Source: Perkinsus chesapeaki ATCC PRA-425 (taxonomy: Eukaryota > Protista > Perkinsozoa). From it: 53,197 nucleotides of DNA. Shown here one piece after another: positions 1 to 12,173 of this stretch. Every line of letters starts with the position of its first letter. Position 1 is the first letter of the stretch. The stretch covers positions 1 through 53,197 of the forward strand of contig JAAPAO010000203.1 of assembly GCA_013115145.1 (NCBI GenBank). Direction: 5' to 3'. A program made the translations under genes and the position numbers. The notes under the pieces are model-generated. The model was not told the DNA's origin, did no database searches, and worked only from the letters and a program-made list of their open reading frames with translations.

Positions 1-511
1 AACCCAACTACTTTTTCTACTCTTTAACTTATGGCTCTTGAGTCGACCAGTGTCCCAGCCAAGGCTCTGAACACTACCCTCCCCCTGGCGTGACGTAGCC
101 CTGCTCCATCCCGGTGTGACAGCCTATAAAACTTCCACGCGTGATAACTTCTACAGCCGGAGGATCAACGGCCATGACAAGGTACCGACTCTAGCCTTGA
201 GTAGCACTAATCATCTACGACTCAGCCGGGATCACCGCCGTTCGGTGGTTCCTGTGCGTATATCGCAGATAATGCCGGTAGACAGACTGCTACGTCACGG
301 TCTAAGACTGTCACGTGGCGCCAAGGTAGGCCAAGTCATCATTCAGAAGGAATCGGGCGACTCAGCCGTGGCCAACTTAGTGTCACATTACACCATGGAC
401 GTGGCATTGGACTCCACAATGGATTACACCATGGCACCATTTCCAAGCTCAGAATGGCGCCAATTTCGGGCGTCAGGCCCCAATAAAATAATCCACACGG
501 ACTCTCATATC

Positions 512-1165
512 ATGGTGGGCGGCTGGTTCCGTGTTATTATGTCACTAACTTTGGCGAGTGTGGCTATCTATGGCGCCCTTAGACTGGGCTGCATGTTATC
601 GGCCGATAATATAATACAGGCGTATGTGTCCCAATGGCGAGTCGAACTGCGGAATCTTCAAGTTGGCCCCGACCCTGCTTCATTTGGTATTCCTTCCGAT
701 CGCACAAGGTGCCTCACTTTTGGTTCGGATGGTTACGTCAACATTTCGTTTGTGGTTTCGTTTACTAACAATCCTTCATGGCTGGAGGTTTACATAGAAT
801 CAGCCCAAATATTGGAGCCCGATGTAACCCATAGTCGGCTAAGGGCTCGGACGGCGCCCTTCAAAGGCGACGGCGAGGTGATCGTCCATCACAGAGTGCC
901 CTCTGATTCTGTGCGCCGACTAAGTTATATCTCCCTGTGGAACATAACGCGGGCAGTGGAAGTGACTAATGTGCAAATAACTCTCGCTGCCCAGTTCTCT
1001 CTCTTCGGTTACAAGAGGGAAAGGCAGTTCCATATCCTAGCATGGGCAGCAGTGTACAACACAGCCCAGAGAAAGCTGGGCTCCGTCAACTCCAACCTCG
1101 GAATGGTACAGGGAGTCGCGTCTGACTTGGAATTATTCTGTGCACCTCTTCTCCTTCATTGCTAG
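512..1165 (+). CDS. Membrane-anchored hypothetical protein (N-terminal TM + beta-rich ectodomain), paralog A; probably has further exons to about 1750
   Basis: From ATG 512: MVGGWFRVIMSLTLASVAIYGALRLG... It aligns by eye with the 4729 protein (RVIMSLTL, DNII, ELRNL, DPA-FG, YVNISF, TNNP-WLEVYI, LRAR--PFKGDGEV). True start and 3' exons are uncertain. Confidence 0.6.
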   Translation: MVGGWFRVIMSLTLASVAIYGALRLGCMLSADNIIQAYVSQWRVELRNLQVGPDPASFGIPSDRTRCLTFGSDGYVNISFVVSFTNNPSWLEVYIESAQILEPDVTHSRLRARTAPFKGDGEVIVHHRVPSDSVRRLSYISLWNITRAVEVTNVQITLAAQFSLFGYKRERQFHILAWAAVYNTAQRKLGSVNSNLGMVQGVASDLELFCAPLLLHC

Positions 1166-2549
1166 TAGTATATTGGCCCTAGCAAGCAATTATAGGATAA
1201 TAACAAACGAAAACACCATCGCGACGAACTTCTCGTCGGTTGTTGATCACACTTCATTTATGTATGGGAGGAACTTATCGTTGTTCGAAGGCCCACCAAA
1301 CAGGTCCCCCCCCCGAGGAGCGCGATTCCACGTGCTTAGCAGCTTCCTGACTGTAGTTTCGTTCTCTCTATTAGGGATTGAGTTGATAGTTAATTATGTC
1401 CTGTCAGTTGGGCTCAAGTTCTTGCGCCCCTCTTGTTCACCAAGCTTTTGACGATGTGCCACTCTAGAAAGTGGAAGACTCGGTTCACTGATGAGAAGCT
1501 CATGTACCTGTGTCGGTAATAATCATGACCTTTCCCCGATTGACGGCGGCGAGTGCAATCAACCCGCGCATGCTTTCACTGTGTACGATGATGATACGGT
1601 GTCCGTGCAAGACAGTCAGTGTTGGTAACGCCACTCTCGGCAGCTGACCAGACTATTCAATTGAACCGGTCCTCAATAACGAGAAATACGCAGCGTCATC
1701 ATCAATACAGCTGACCATACCAAGCCTTGTCTCTTGACAGTAAAGCGACATACCGATCGCAGTACGAATTTTATCTGAAACCGAAAGATACTCGGCACGC
1801 AAGATACCAAATCCCAAGTGGCATCAGGATGGAGCGGCCCCGACTTCACCGTTATGCACTACTGTCATATATAATCCTTCCGTTCTCCTCGGAGAGTGGT
1901 TCTTCCTTTGAATGTCCCCTTTCACAAGTCACCCGCTTACGAGTACGAACTTAAGTAGAATCGTTTCATCTGTGAGGTAAGTTGGCTAAGGTCACTTCAA
2001 CCCGCCTCACCCTCAAGGTAAGGAGCATCAGCCTCACCGGGTAAGACCTAAAGTAGTACGAGTAAACCCGTAAACTTTTTTGACTTGCCTTACTAAGTTC
2101 TTACCAACTCAATCAACTTGCCGGTGAACCACCCATACCCAAGCCTTACCGCTGAAAATACGGTCCCTCCCGCACTTCGCCCCTCTGAGCTTCATACACA
2201 CTCCGAGAGAAACCAAAGCTCTGTTTTTGGCTCTTGTACTTGGCGCCGTCAATTCCCCATCGCTCCTACAGTCGCGCACTTAAGTGAAGAACCCAATACC
2301 GCACATCATCTCAAAGCATTGATGATCCGTATCTTCGGCATAGCTCTGTGTTTGTGAGTTTATAGTCCACCGCCGAAAATGGCTTAGTTAGACTATCCAT
2401 ACTATGTCCGGTGTGTTCAACTGCCGGGAAAGTTTAATGCCTATACTGTTTTTTCACTGTATGGTATCCACAGCTTCGGTAATGGAAAATTGTGCAGTCT
2501 CGTAACCTTTCCAAATGCACGGCTTCCTACGATTCTTGACTAACGGTTG

Positions 2550-3669
2550 CGGGGGAGCTTGCGACGCTGCTGGAGCTTGTCGGGAAAAGATACCTCCCAG
2601 CCCGGTTGAGGTTGTGGAGAGCGGTGAGCACACCGATGTTTACTATTGGGCATCTTTTGGTATTCAGAAGAGCCTGGATATGAGCCTGTGAACGATGATG
2701 ATTGCGAAACTGCGGACATACCGGAATGGAACGACCTTATGTAAATAGCTTTGAAACACTGGCGATGGCCAGCTGGCCCTTTCGTACCCATCAGAGTTCC
2801 ACGCTTCGATACGGCTACCTCGAGCCCCAGCTACCATGGCCGGAGCGATCGGGCATCCTGTAGTGGCTAATCTTGCCCAAAGCGAATACCTTTTCCGCTT
2901 ATCAGGCATGGAGTCCTTTGATGGATCGACGCGCGCTGAAAGCTCGCGTGGATGCTCAGAAGGCACGGGCGATAAACAGAAGCTGAGAGTAACGTTAATA
3001 GCGTATTAAGCTTGTAGCGTCTTCTTAGCAACTGGTTCGAGACTTCACAGCAAAGGCTGCCTCCGGAGTGGCGTGCTGGCAAGTTGACCTACGCAGTGGG
3101 AGGGTTCACAAGGCTATGTAAGCACCTTCACCATATTATCGTTCTAGCTAATGTGACAACACCTCTTAATTTCACACTGGCGAGTTGATAGTACTATGTT
3201 CAGGTATCAAATTGATAACGAACTTCGGCGACTAATACTCGCAACTGATGAGGACGTTCGGCAGTGTCCGCCATTGTCCTGCGACATAGCCGATATAGTT
3301 GAATTTATGCGTGCCGAAGAGTCTCTAACTTTGTTGGTAAGAGCCTCTACTGGTAGAGCCCGACCTCATTCTCAGGAGTATCCCTCTGTCCAGGACTCGC
3401 TGACACCGGAAGAGATTAATCGAATGATTTTCCTGCAAGTAAAGGCACGGACTCGGCCAGCCGACGGCCGTTCTCCGTAGGTATACCATCACGACCTTGA
3501 AGACGTTGAGGTGGTGGCATTCTTGGAGACTTCCCGGAATGATAGAGAAGTGTTCCTAGCAGGCATGAATATCCTACAGTGCGTATCCCTGACAAGCGTG
3601 CCTTCCACTTTCTTCGAATGCAGGATATACACCCAAGCTGCGGCGTTTGGAAGATCCACCGAAGGATGA
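2550..3669 (+). CDS. Multi-exon hypothetical protein
   Basis: Protein-like exons joined by short GT-AG introns (3337-3375, 3439-3480). Last exon 3481-3669 reads VYHHDLEDVEVVAFLETSRNDREVFLAGMNILQC...TEG*. 5' end uncertain. Confidence 0.4.
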
Positions 3670-4728
3670 AGGAGCGACGTTGTTGTGCTGCAACTGTGTC
3701 GGCGGCGCCACGACGGAGACACATTTCGAATGAATGAATACATGCTGCTACGTTACTCTCGAGTCTAAAATATTTGATTTCTGCTTTGCTTCGATTGTGT
3801 TCTATATTTAAGTGGATAAGCTACCCTAAAAGATAGTTATAAATCCTTCAAGATAGAAATACACCCCACGGAAGTCAAAGTGTACAATCCTTGCAGATCG
3901 CATTAATTGTTGTGAAACCCTTGTTGACTTGCTACACCAACTTGAGTGATCATTTTAGTCGAGCTGACAACTGCACTGTATTGTCCATTAAGCGGGACCA
4001 GCTTCGAATGGACCTTCGATCCCTAAGGAACCCCTCCACTTCGGAAGGGCGGCAATCTTTGGAAGTTCCAACGGTTGATTCCCCACTTTCTTCGAGGATG
4101 GTACAAGGTGTCTCTCTTCAACGTTCGGGTGTGCAGCGCTTCGCCACTACTACTCAGCTATATAGTACATAAATCCCATTATTTGACCCGAAGTCAAGTT
4201 ACTTGACTCCTTCATACTTGACTCAAGTATGAAGGAATTATTTGTATAATTCATGTGGAGCCACCTCTAAGAACTCCTTCAAATCCTTATGCCATAACTA
4301 CAGTCGCGTTCTCTCGTCTCGTCTCCACCAGTGTCACTCACACCTTCGCATACCCTCCAGCCCATCCTGCTAGTAAGACATCAAGCGCGTCTTGATCTGC
4401 GGTAAACGCCAGAAACATTCATCCAACTCGTCTGCGCATTGACCCTTGGTTTTCGGCGCACGGCGCCTTGCCTGAAGAAGGAGCCAGGAGGCATCCTCAA
4501 CAACGGTATTCCATGCTGATTGACCTTCAACTGTGGGCATTCATCGTACAGTTGCAAGAGCTGGACACTCACAGATAACCTCACAGTCCTATGGTGCTGA
4601 GCGATAAAACAATCGATTGAGTTTGAGAAATTGGTGCCCGGGGCCGAAGGAGCTGGGGTGACTGTCTCCGCGCCTTGGTGACACCGAACTCGTCGCCGAT
4701 GAGCCGTCTATCGATTCTCATATTCACT

Positions 4729-5888
4729 ATGGATCTCGACGTGAAAATGGGTCACCTTTTTGAGCTTGATCCAAGTATTCGTTTCCAAGCGAAGTACGGA
4801 GATTCGGAGCATCCGAAGGGAACATGGTACCGTGTTATTATGTCATTAACCTTGGCATGTACGGCTATCTATGGCGCACTCAGGATCGGTTTTTCACTAT
4901 CGGTCGACAATATAATAGAAGCGTACGTGTGGCAATGGCGGATCGAACTGCGTAACCTTGAAGTTAGTCCCGACCCTGCTACATTTGGCGATCTGGTTAA
5001 TACTACAGCGTGTATCGTTTCTGGTCCAGAAGATTATGTTAATATTTCATTCATTCTATCGATAACCAACAATCCTCCATGGCTGGAAGTTTATATCACT
5101 TCAGTGCGGGTCATTGAACCGGACTTGGATGGTATCCAGCTTAGAGCTCGGTCTCCACCATTTAAGGGCGACGGTGAGGTTCTCGTTCGGCAAGGAATTC
5201 AAGCGTATCGTGTGACGAGAGAGAAGTACAGAGAGTTGTGGGCCGTGGCAAACTTCGACACAGACTCCGCTCTATGGCTTGCACTCGATGTTCGGTTCTC
5301 AATTTTTGGTTATCAGGTAGATGGCCTCACTGTGAGAGGCTATGTAATACATAGTGCCCCGACCAGAGCGAATGATACTGAGGGTGCCTTACCACCTACC
5401 GACCGCTGGTTTGGCCCTATAGGCACATTCGGGAGAGACGACCTCTCCCTCCTGCTCCCAGCCTGTTTCACAATGTAGAGGTTGAAGTTGACACTTCTTC
5501 GTATCATTTTCATATACCGTACTTCTTGTGAGGATAGATTGGCTTCTAGCGGCCTACTGAGGTAACCTCGACCTGGTAAACTAAACGTTATCTTATAAGG
5601 TGAAACACGATGGACGGTCTTCCAATGGCGTTGCCAGCACACACCGCCGACTTGTATACCTGGAGTATTGATCGACCCAACTTGGCCCTTGGTTTGAGGG
5701 TATGGTATGGCGGGCCCTCGCTGGTATGGTCCACTAATGGTACGCATCTTTTAGGACGGCGGTCGATGCCCAGTTCTGAATCTTTGATTGTCGTAATGGA
5801 CGGTTTGCCTTGGTATCCTGAACTAAATGCAGTGTCTCGACTGGGAGCAACGATACCAACTGCTGCCGATCGGTTGGCTGTGTTGTGA
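4729..5888 (+). CDS. Membrane-anchored hypothetical protein, paralog B of the 512 gene
   Basis: ORF 4675-5478 shares the motifs listed for paralog A over about 140 aa. ORF 5610-5888 is a probable downstream exon. Confidence 0.6.
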
Positions 5889-6370
5889 AGCGAAAGAGTG
5901 TAACACGATTTCAAGTCTTTGCCGTTTTCGCTCGTTCTCACTTTAAAAGCCAACACCTCAAGTATCAGCGAGCTTTGAGGAAACCGCCCTGAGGCTCCCA
6001 CAAGATCATCTTTACTATTGATGTACATTTCCAGTTCAAGCGGAGATTGAGTTGTTTATAGTTCGATATGAGCTGTCTTGAGACCATCTGTGATGCCGGC
6101 CACTTTCTGCTTAATAGACTAATAACGCGACTCGAACTAAGGAGCTGAAGCTGGTAATAGCAAATGTGGTTATTCTCCATTCGCGTAGGTGGAGTACAAC
6201 ATATAAAACATCATAAATCCACCTACGCCTCTCATAATAACAGAACCGAGGTCTATCTCCGATGAGTCCTGACAAGAATGACAGTGATGGCGAGGAACCC
6301 TTTTGCCAGACGCACTTGATGCGCTAAAACATCCATCCAAAAGATCTACCAAGTCGCGAATAATTTCAAC

Positions 6371-7720
6371 TCAGGGTTTTGTATTTCCAGTGGAGGACTT
6401 GATAAGGAAGTCCAACAATAATACGGAACCGGTCGAACCAACAATGGTGTTGAGCAGTATAACTTGGACTGTTCACCCGCAAACAGGGAAATTGGCGGTA
6501 GGACTCACATCCATCGAGTGACTGTCAGCCGCCTGTGTAAAGTGACATGAAGGCCCGGGGGACTCCTTCAGCTTGTAGCTCACACGGGTGGTCTCGTATC
6601 TGCAGAGGATGCATACTAGGTTCAAGATAACTATAGTGACGGCTTACTTCATGGACTGCTGCAGTCTCATATTTGACTTCATCAGCTCTTCGAACAAGCG
6701 CCTCATCATTACGTCTTGATTCGTAGCGAACCTGCCAAAGACGAATTCGGTGAAAGCAACCGCGGAAGTCCGCCAGCCTCCGGACAGGCGCGATGCTCAC
6801 ATGTTCGCCACCAGCAGGAAGGTGGCAAATATCGGTGGAAATAATCGGCGGAGGAATTCCACTTTTTCAAATGGGAGCATCTTGGACATGAACGGGACGA
6901 AGTCGAAGGCTGTCGGTGACAGAATCCGGCAGTATCTGCGCGCAAGTAGATGACCGGACGGCGGTGGTGAAGGGGTGGGAGGCAGTAGCGCTTAACGACA
7001 CCACGGCTGTACTATCACACGGGAAGCCCTAAACTGCAGTCTACAGCTTGGAACCCGCAAAGTCATAGTAACTACTGCTAGCTTATATTAATTATAAAGT
7101 AGCAGTTCATTATTTGAACCATAAAGTATATCATCCTCGAACTTATGAAATCTTGCGATTCATCTTGAATCTGGCGAACCTTCCCCAGACACTCCAGCGG
7201 GGATTTTAAAGCCAAGAAGATGGACTCACAGTTCGAGAACGAAGTTAGTGAGAAGTAGGGCGAAGGAGGCATTCAACAGAGCTTGGGGGGTCCCGATGGC
7301 CAACGCCGCAGCGAGACATGCACAGAGTATCTAAATGAAGGACATGCAGCGGCGCTGCTGTACAGCAATGTCCAGCTCGTCACCACCTGTACGAATCCCG
7401 ACTGCACCAAAACAGCTGTGACTGTGGGAATCTCGTCACTTTCGCCGGTCTGAGGGTAAAAGTAGCATTGTTATGAGAAGACAAGACATAGCATGGATGA
7501 TACGATGATTGTGTTAGTTGTCCCGCTTCTACTGTATCCTATATCGATACGTATCGCCGTCGATACGTAAATTGTGTTGCTAGCGCGGGTCTGCAAAACT
7601 AGGGCTACTTGAGATGTTTTATACACGTATTAGTATTGTGCCCTAATCGGAGGGATGTATTTATAGAACTATCTGTATGTCCATTGGAACTGTATCGAAT
7701 ATTAACCATATCATCATCAA

Positions 7721-7758
<38 letters not shown>

Positions 7759-8535
7759 ACAACAACCCTCATCTGTCTTTGGTTATCGATGATTGGATTC
7801 ACGAAAGACACTCTTTAACAAGTGAAATGAGTGCATATATTCGACCTTGGCAGCACAGACGCCGTATCCGAATTCAGCCGCTGCGGTTGCGTTTCGACAG
7901 AAATGGACTTTTTTGAATGGAGCTCTCAGAAATTAGGTGCTTACTCTGACATCAGATATGTATACCCATGAATACCCTGACTTATATTTAAATAGGGAGC
8001 TTCTGAGCCCGCTAAAACCCCACCTACCATCTGCATAATATCTCCATACACATTGTACTCAGCGCGTCTCTTAGCTTTACCAACAACAGCGAAGGCTTCA
8101 TCGTACCTATCAGAACATCATCTCCTCGGCATCTTCCTCAACTCACTTTTCTCGCTCTTTGCGTCCCTCGGCTTCAGCTGTCAGCTTCTTGTACATCTCG
8201 TAGACCTCAACGTGCTGAGAATCTTTTCGCACCCCCAAGATTTGGTAATAGTTCGGAGTGCTTGCCACGAAGGCATAATAGAACATACCGACAATGACGA
8301 CCATCGCTATCTAAAACAACCAAACGATCCTTGGGCAACTCAAACACATCCCGAGGACCGGGCGGGTCCTCGGCTGCTGCAGTAGCGAACAGCGAGCTAC
8401 ATCACTGCTGCGGTTGGATAGGCTAATGCTGACGATAACGTATATCGTGTCAAGTAGCCAGACTTTTCTAGAGACCCTCCAATTCATCGAATTCCACTTC
8501 CCACTAGATCGAGAGCAGCACGCTTCAAGCTTCAC
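6371..8535 (-). CDS. Multi-pass membrane protein with an N-proximal J-like (DnaJ-type) domain lacking HPD
   Basis: Hand-spliced exons: IAMVVIVGMFYYAFVASTPNYYQILGVRKDSQHVEVYEMYKKLTAEAEGRKEREK / YDEAFAVVGKAKRRAEYNVYGD (J-domain helices I, II and III-IV pattern). Hydrophobic exons follow: ILCACLAAALAIG..., LSPTAFDFVPFMSKMLPFEKVEFLRRLFPPIFATFLLVAN. Both ends approximate. Confidence 0.55.
7709..7766. repeat. (TCA)n/(ACA)n microsatellite, probably intronic
   Basis: Directly visible trinucleotide run; it produces the poly-D, poly-S and poly-I shadow ORFs. Confidence 0.9.
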
Positions 8536-8553
8536 GGTATCATCCGACTAACG

Positions 8554-9669
8554 ATGCAAACTCTAACACCCGAATCGATATAAGTACTAATAGTACTGGG
8601 AATCACCAGACGACCCCAGACGACCTGGACAGGGCATTCGAGGCGTTCATGCGGGAAATTGTGGAAATGGTCCAACATGGCTCAACGAAGCTGTCCTACC
8701 ACGACATTAGGTCTCTTGAAGAGCTGAAGCCTTTGCCTCTGAGACTTGTCGCTCGGGTGGTCCAAAGACAGCAGCACCCTAAGATAGACACAGTAGGGAT
8801 ATAATAGGAGGGCAGTATTACTTCACCAGAGGAACCAGACATATAAATGGCATGAGCACCGCGTCGAGGGGGCAGCTGGTGAGACTGGCAAGATTCATGG
8901 ACAATGTAAAAACTGGTAACTAAACGATGAAAGACTCAACAACATCCTCAGACTCCAAAGCATCTATGAGATTGCCCCTCCTCGGAGCAGGAACCTCTCA
9001 AGAGGATCCATCCAAAGTAACTATGCAATTCAGAGCCGTTGAATCCGTCACCTTCAGCAGATGTGCCAAAGGCCGCCGCCGCCGATGCCGACCTTGCAGC
9101 TCCTAGTGGTGACGAAACAGCAGATGGTCCCGCCAGGATTGCATTCGATGATTGCCTCTGCCATGCAACAGAATCAGCCACCCCTACCAGATCCTCAGAA
9201 ACCTTCATTCTTTTTTAACGTTTACTTGGAGGAATCTGGTTAAACCACCTCAGCAGCCCCAACTTAACAACAAGCCCAACAATAGCAGAGGCTTCAACGG
9301 TCACGCAGAATCAGTCGAGCAAGGTCGATAGATATTTTTAGTGCAATATGGTTGGTGATGATGATATAACACCACTATATAGGGAGTAGTTTCGGACTCT
9401 TGCCGAATCAGTAAGGTATTAAACATAATCGTTGGGCAGTTCACGCAACCACGCAAGATCAAGTCAACACTTCCATCGCCACAACCGCGATAGTAAGTAG
9501 AACGCTTGGAGGGACATCGGATAGGGACTGCGGCATGGCGCTGAAGGCCAAATCATCGTCGTTAAAATTGGTATACAATCGCTGCTCTCGAACCGAAGGT
9601 GACAGCTCGACCACATCCAGGGGTGGAAGAGTTTGTGCCCAGGGTGCCTCGATGGCTATGAGAAAGTAA
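8554..9669 (+). CDS. Hypothetical multi-exon protein, divergent from the J-like gene
   Basis: Protein-like segments TPDDLDRAFEAFMREIVEMVQHGSTKLSYHDIRSLEELKPLPLRLVARVV and GGQYYFTRGTRHINGM with GT-AG boundaries. 3' structure ambiguous. Confidence 0.35.
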
Positions 9670-9825
9670 AGGATTAAGAGTAGTCGTAGCATAGATTAGG
9701 CAACCAGCAGCAACAGCTGACAAATGATTGCACTGAAAGGTCTCTCCGGTTGCCCCCTGAACTGTTAACGCAGAGCCAGGCAATTTGGACACCGATAGCA
9801 CATGAACATCACACTGCTTCTTCTT

Positions 9826-12087
9826 CTAATAGAAAGGAGACCTCCGAACACCCCCGCCGCCAGCGGCTCCCGAGGCTCTTGTAGCCATCATAGTCTTATC
9901 GAGATGCTCCTCCGCCCACCCGGCCTTCGACACTGACGGATGCCTCCTTCCTTCCGGCTTGCCATCAACCGTTCCCACCCCACCAGCGAGATGATCCGTC
10001 CAACCTTCCTGTGCCGCTGTCCCGTGCATCCTGCCATGAACCTGCTCCGGTTGATCCTCAGTTGTCCATCCGTGGATATGATCCTTCCAGCCCTCTTCCA
10101 TCGCTCCAGCATGCCCTCTGCCATGAGGCCTATCAACCACAACACTAGCCCTTGTAGTGTCTCCCTGAATGTGATCCTTCATGCAGCCTGCATTCTGATC
10201 AGCCCTCTTTCTCCCTTGCTGTCCCACCTGTCCCTTGCCATCATCAGCCTCCCCCTCATTGAGCATATGATCCCTAATCCACCCCTCCCCACCCTCCGCA
10301 TGCTTCCTCCCATGAACACCCTCCTCCTCCGTCCTGCCGTATCCAACTGTTCCTCCCTTAATATGATCCGACCAACCCTCAGTAGAAGCGTCTGCGTGCT
10401 TCCTGCCGTGAACTGTTTCGTCCACATTAGGCACTCCGTCATTCTCAAAATGATCCTTCCAGCCCTCCGTCTCCGGCGATGCGGCCTTCCTTCCCCTATT
10501 CCTCTGTCCCAAATCAACTCTCGACGTATTGCCAAACACATGATCATGCCACCCCTCAACCGTTGGTCTGGCATGTCTCATCCCCCTTGCCTTGTGCTCC
10601 GGCTCTATAGGCTCATCCTTATAGGCATCGAAGCGCCTCGATCCCTGCTGGAGTTCGTCCTCCAGTATATGATCCCTGATACAATCCTCCCCCTCCGGAG
10701 CAGCTCTCCTGCCCACCGGCGCCTCAACTTCATCTCCCTCCCCGCCCTTAATGTGGTCATGCCATCCCTCCTGCACAGACCCGAACCTTCGCAACCTCCG
10801 TCCACGTTCCTGCTCCTCGGGTAGCCCATCCTCCTCGAAATGATCCCTCCAGGCATCCGCGTCCGGATCGACATGTCTGCGGCCCCGAGCCTCCTCCCTC
10901 TCCACTGCAGCGTCACCAGTGATGTGATCATGCCAGCCTTCTTTGGTCTGAAAAATCGCCATCAATCATCAAGATACTATCCATCCACTTCTGAGCTGCC
11001 AAGCCCACTCTAGAGAACCTCAACAAATTCATCCTCAATAAGACCCCAGAGAGTTCCGAGAAGACCTACCAATCTAGCTATTTGCTTGAAATAACAACTT
11101 CGCCACAAATTAACTTTCAAACGCTTCCAAAACCCCCTTCTCACCGGTGAAGCATGCAGCCTCCCCCTCGTCTTCGTATTTGCCTCCTGCGCCGTCGGGT
11201 CCAGATGGTCTTTGATCCATTCAGCAGAACCATGCGCCCTCCTCACAGTCCCCTCTCGAGCCTCCTCGGTCGGATACGTCAGACCGTCCAATCTACGCTC
11301 ACCCAACGGAACGAAAGATGCCACGCGATCCTCTGCGTACAAATGAGGGAACTGATAATCGAAACAATTTACCGCGCGCCACGAAATTACTATCCCACCT
11401 TCTGATCAGGTCTGATCCTAAATGGGGACCTGTCCCTTGCTATATCATAGACCGTCTCCGGGCAGCCAAAGTCCCACGGGTTCTGGCCCGAGAGCTTACA
11501 TTGGAGATCGATAATCCATCTAAGTTGGATCTCATACCGCTCCCTCCGCTACCAAGCCAACTTACCTTATCATAGCATCACTCTGCCTAGGTATCCTAGG
11601 ACACTCCAGAGTGGCTTCTGCCTTGTCCCTGAAGTCTCGGCATCTTTGCAGTAGCTTGGCATTAGTAAGGCCCTCCAGTTGGTCATACCTGATGGATTAT
11701 TATTATATTATTTATATTAAAATTATTAAATATTATTTATTATATACATTTAATAGTATTAAGTGAATTCGTTGACATCACCAATTCCTCCTTCCTAGAC
11801 TGACTGCCCTAAAGGCCTTCCGAGGAGACTCAGACTTCCCATGACTCAGACAGCTCGACGAACATACTACTCCGCTTCGGGACACTAGGGACCCGGTCCC
11901 GAGAGTCCACATGTTCAGCAGGATAATCATACCGCGGTAACATTCCCTCCCTCGCCCGGTATTACGTCCATAAATGATAGACAGTATCATCAATCTCGAC
12001 CTCCGTGGTCACCGAATGCCTCAGATCCTTCCCACCACCAGCTGCTGCTGCTACTGCACGACGGCTGCTTTGAAATCTCTGACTCAT
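9826..12087 (-). CDS. Hydrophilic tandem-repeat protein (about 13 x GR[RK]H...GWxDH[IFL])
   Basis: The 379-aa terminal ORF has 12 W/C-x-DH-type repeats; ORF 11010-11342 adds one more (EWIKDHL). Upstream exons YDQLEGLTNAKLLQRC... and WIIDLQCKLSGQNPWDFGC... Putative ATG at 12087. Confidence 0.7.
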
Positions 12088-12173
12088 AAAAACCTGCCAC
12101 AATCCTCCTCCTCCCCGCAAACACAACCCCCGCGCTCTGTACGTAAGGGAATGATCTGATAGATACAGTTACG

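Noticed and set aside
1449-1628. TGA at 1449 followed by about 58 open codons (second selenoprotein?)
   Set aside because: Another frame gives an equally plausible exon without readthrough, there is no redox motif context, and I saw no SECIS downstream.
9459-9692. Minus-strand ORF with signal-peptide-like start (MLRLLLILYFLIAIEAPWAQ)
   Set aside because: It overlaps plausible plus-strand exons with good splice signals, and I could not extend it consistently; left unresolved.
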